The translations under genes and the position numbers were made by a program. Shown piece after piece: positions 60,877 to 64,000 of a stretch of 64,000 nt of DNA. The stretch lies in assembly GCF_009914755.1 (NCBI RefSeq), contig NC_060925.1, one strand, 5' to 3'. Position 1 is the stretch's first letter, and each line of letters begins with the position of its first letter. This DNA comes from the human T2T-CHM13v2.0 reference genome, Homo sapiens. Below the pieces are notes generated by a model. It made no database searches. It had not been told where the DNA came from and saw only the letters and a list, made by a program, of their open reading frames with translations.

Positions 60877-61186
60877 TCTTTTTTTTTTTTTTTTTCCCCC
60901 CGAGATGGAGTCTTGCCCTGTCACCCAGGCTGGAGAGTGCAGTGGCACGATCTCGGCTCACTGCAACCTCTGCTTCCTGGTTCAAGCAATTCTCCTGCCT
61001 CAGCCTCCAGAATAGCTGGGATTACAGGCACGCGCCACCCTGCCTGCCCAATTTTCATATTCTTAGTGGCGGGGGGGGGGGTTTCACCATGTTGGCCAGG
61101 CTGGTCTCGAACCCTTGACTTCGTGATCCACCTGCCTCGGCCTCCCAAAGTGCTGGGATTACAGGTGTGAGCCACTGCACCCAGCC
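60877..61186 (-). mobile_element. Alu (AluS-type)
   Basis: Reverse Alu; TSD gtccactgttctt. Confidence 0.93.
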
Positions 61187-61502
61187 CGTCCACTGTTCTT
61201 AGGAAGTTTTCTTCTTTGTGGCCTACTTCAGAACAGAACAAGGGTTCCTAACTGCTGCCTCCTCTGTTTTGTTTTGAGATGCGCACAATTCCTTTTGAGG
61301 AATTTTTTAAAATTTCATTTAGACAGCTGATTAAAAACAGGGAGTCATCGAGTGGATTTTTTAAGACCTGGGAGGAAAATAACAGAAAGTGAGATTGGTG
61401 TTCAGAATTAAAACACTCTAAGATCCTTATGTTGTTTGACAGGAGGATAGTAACACAGATTAACAGACTTTGTTAAGTATGCATGTTAAAAATTTCAGGG
61501 CA

Positions 61503-61810
61503 GGGCTGGGCAGGGTGGCTTATGCTTGTAATTCCAGTGACTCAAGAGGCCAAGGCAGGAGGATCCTTTGAGGCCAGTTTGGAGATCAGCCTGGACAACA
61601 TGGCAAGACCCCATTTCTACAAACTTTTTAAAAAAATTAGCCAAGCATCGTGGCGTGAGCCTGTAGTCCCAGCTACTCAGAATGCTAAGACAGGAGGATC
61701 GCTTGAGCCCAGGAGTTCAAGGATGCAGTGAGCCATGACTGTGCCAGTGCATTCCAGCCTGGGTGACAGAGTGAGACCCTGACTCTTTAAAAAAAAAAAA
61801 AAAAAAAAAA
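61503..61810 (+). mobile_element. AluJ-type element
   Basis: Diverged dimer with long poly-A. Confidence 0.9.
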
Positions 61811-62863
61811 AGGAGGGGGACCACTAAACAAAATGAAATAGAATATATAACTTAAATATTTGGCTTAGTGCATGTTAAGCCAGAAAACTAGGGAGTCTCT
61901 TTGATGATTATAAATATCTCTGGCCTCTTATAGCCATATGGCTGACATAGCAGAAAATGAGCTGCAGTTGTGGTCCTACAGTTTGCTGCATTTCATCGTA
62001 GGTTCGCATGCTTGTGGATTTCTTGTGTGAATTTAGGACATTTATTTGGCCAAGAGTGGGAAATTTATAGTTGGAGTAGTAAGATTTGGGAGGACTTCAA
62101 GTACCTTGATCCTGTAATCCCCAGCTCCTTCTCTCTCTGATGAAGTCATTTCTGATGTGAAGACACTTGGATGACCTCATCTGAGGTAGCTAACTTGCAA
62201 GGGGGTGCAAGCTCTCTTTGTGCCCCACACCTACCACTTCTCATACTCATACATGCTGTTCCATGCTTTCATCCCTATGCATCTTCTGTTCCTTGTCCTT
62301 GAAGTAGACTGTCTCCTTCTGGTGAAATCTTATTTTTACTTTAAAACCTTGTTCTGGGATCAGTTCCTTTGGGAGTCGCTCCTGTTCTCCACAGAAGAAT
62401 TAATTACTCCTTCCACTCTATACCATGTCCATGTATACACACCATTTTATTGCCCAGATGTCATGGTATTCTTTGCATTTATTTACTTTTAAAATAAAAA
62501 TGTCACATGGAAGGGGGAATATGATTTTTCCATGGTGCTCCAGAGGGAAAAGCCAGGCCCAAAGAATATAAGTAACAAGGAAGTACATTTTAGCTTAACT
62601 TAAGGGAGAACATTCTTATCATTAGAGCTTCACAAATGACACAAGCTGTTTAGAGGTGGTAAGCTTCTGCTTAATGACATTTTTAAAAATTGTGCATTCA
62701 TTTAATAAGATTGCTTAGAAAGGATATGGTATGGCTTACAATATGTACGTGATCAACTCTTTGCCTGTTGCTCTGAACTCTTCTCAGTTCCTTCCACTCC
62801 AGCCACACTGGCCTTCTTGCTCTTCCTGAAATGGGACAAACCCATTGCCTCCACTGGACCTGA

Positions 62864-63260
<397 letters not shown>

Positions 63261-64000
63261 AGAAAGGGCTCTTTTGATCACTCTGTCTTTACCAGTCTGT
63301 TCCCCACTCCCCATATTCTTGCCCTCTCCACTTAATTTGTGAATGTTCTGCACAAAATCTATCAATATCTGAAATCATAAGTTTTGTTTACTTATTACCT
63401 ATCTTCTATATTACAGTGCATCTTCCAAGATGAAAGGGATCTTACCTTTTTTATTCATTCCTGTGTCCTTATAAACTGTACCTGAAACAGTTTCTAGCAC
63501 CATAGTAGTTGCCAAAAAATGTTTGTTGAACACATAAATTTTTTATAATAACTCATTAATAACCGACTGGTTAGTTGGTTGTTCTCAGCACTGAATCTTG
63601 ACCAACTTGAATAGTAGATGGTTGAATATGGTGGCTCTAACATCCTTTTCCCAATTTGGCTGAAAATGAATTCCTTCCCTCCATCAAGTCCCAGATGTTA
63701 TTCCATCCCAACAATCACTTTTATAGAACAGATAGTTGATGCATGATGGTACTTGCATGTGCTCTGAAAATACCCACCAATACCCAAATATCTCTAATGT
63801 GTGTGTGCTTGAAATTGTACCTCTAGAGATTTACTTCCTTGTATCATCAAAGAATTACAGTCTTAGAGTCCTGTAATAAATTGTTGGACTGGAGGTCATA
63901 AACTGGTTTGTTAGATTTTATATTTAAATAAAAATATGCCTATTAGAGGATGTGTTCATAATATATTGTCTGGAAAAATTTTGAAAAGAGACAAATGTTC

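Overview
Primate, most likely human, euchromatic DNA, judged from its AluY/AluS/AluJ, L1PA/L1PB/L1MA, THE1/MST/MLT, MIR, L2 and MER content. Much of the window is interspersed repeat, and I cannot support any protein-coding exon. The one clear genic landmark is a CpG island (~25.55-27.0 kb). It holds a minus-strand non-coding first exon (donor TCG|GTGAGC at 26226) and further candidate 5' exons, so 1-26 kb is probably intron 1 of a minus-strand gene I cannot name. A strong plus-strand donor (27279) and a clean plus-strand 140-nt exon (35448-35587) suggest a divergent spliced transcript from the same island. The right half contains a near full-length decayed L1MA-type element (43960-51878, minus strand). 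It carries nested insertions (THE1D LTR, Alus, a Y3 RNA retrocopy) and a young 10 x 39-bp VNTR in its 5' UTR that repeats CCAAT and E-box motifs. Other oddities are a 72-bp dispersed duplication inserted into an MLT1 LTR, an internally deleted THE1 provirus, and several rearranged Alus. I see no evidence of a new multi-gene system; the findings are regulatory or structural candidates. Repeat subfamily names come from remembered consensus sequences and need RepeatMasker/Dfam confirmation. Coordinates without a stated target-site duplication (TSD) are approximate.
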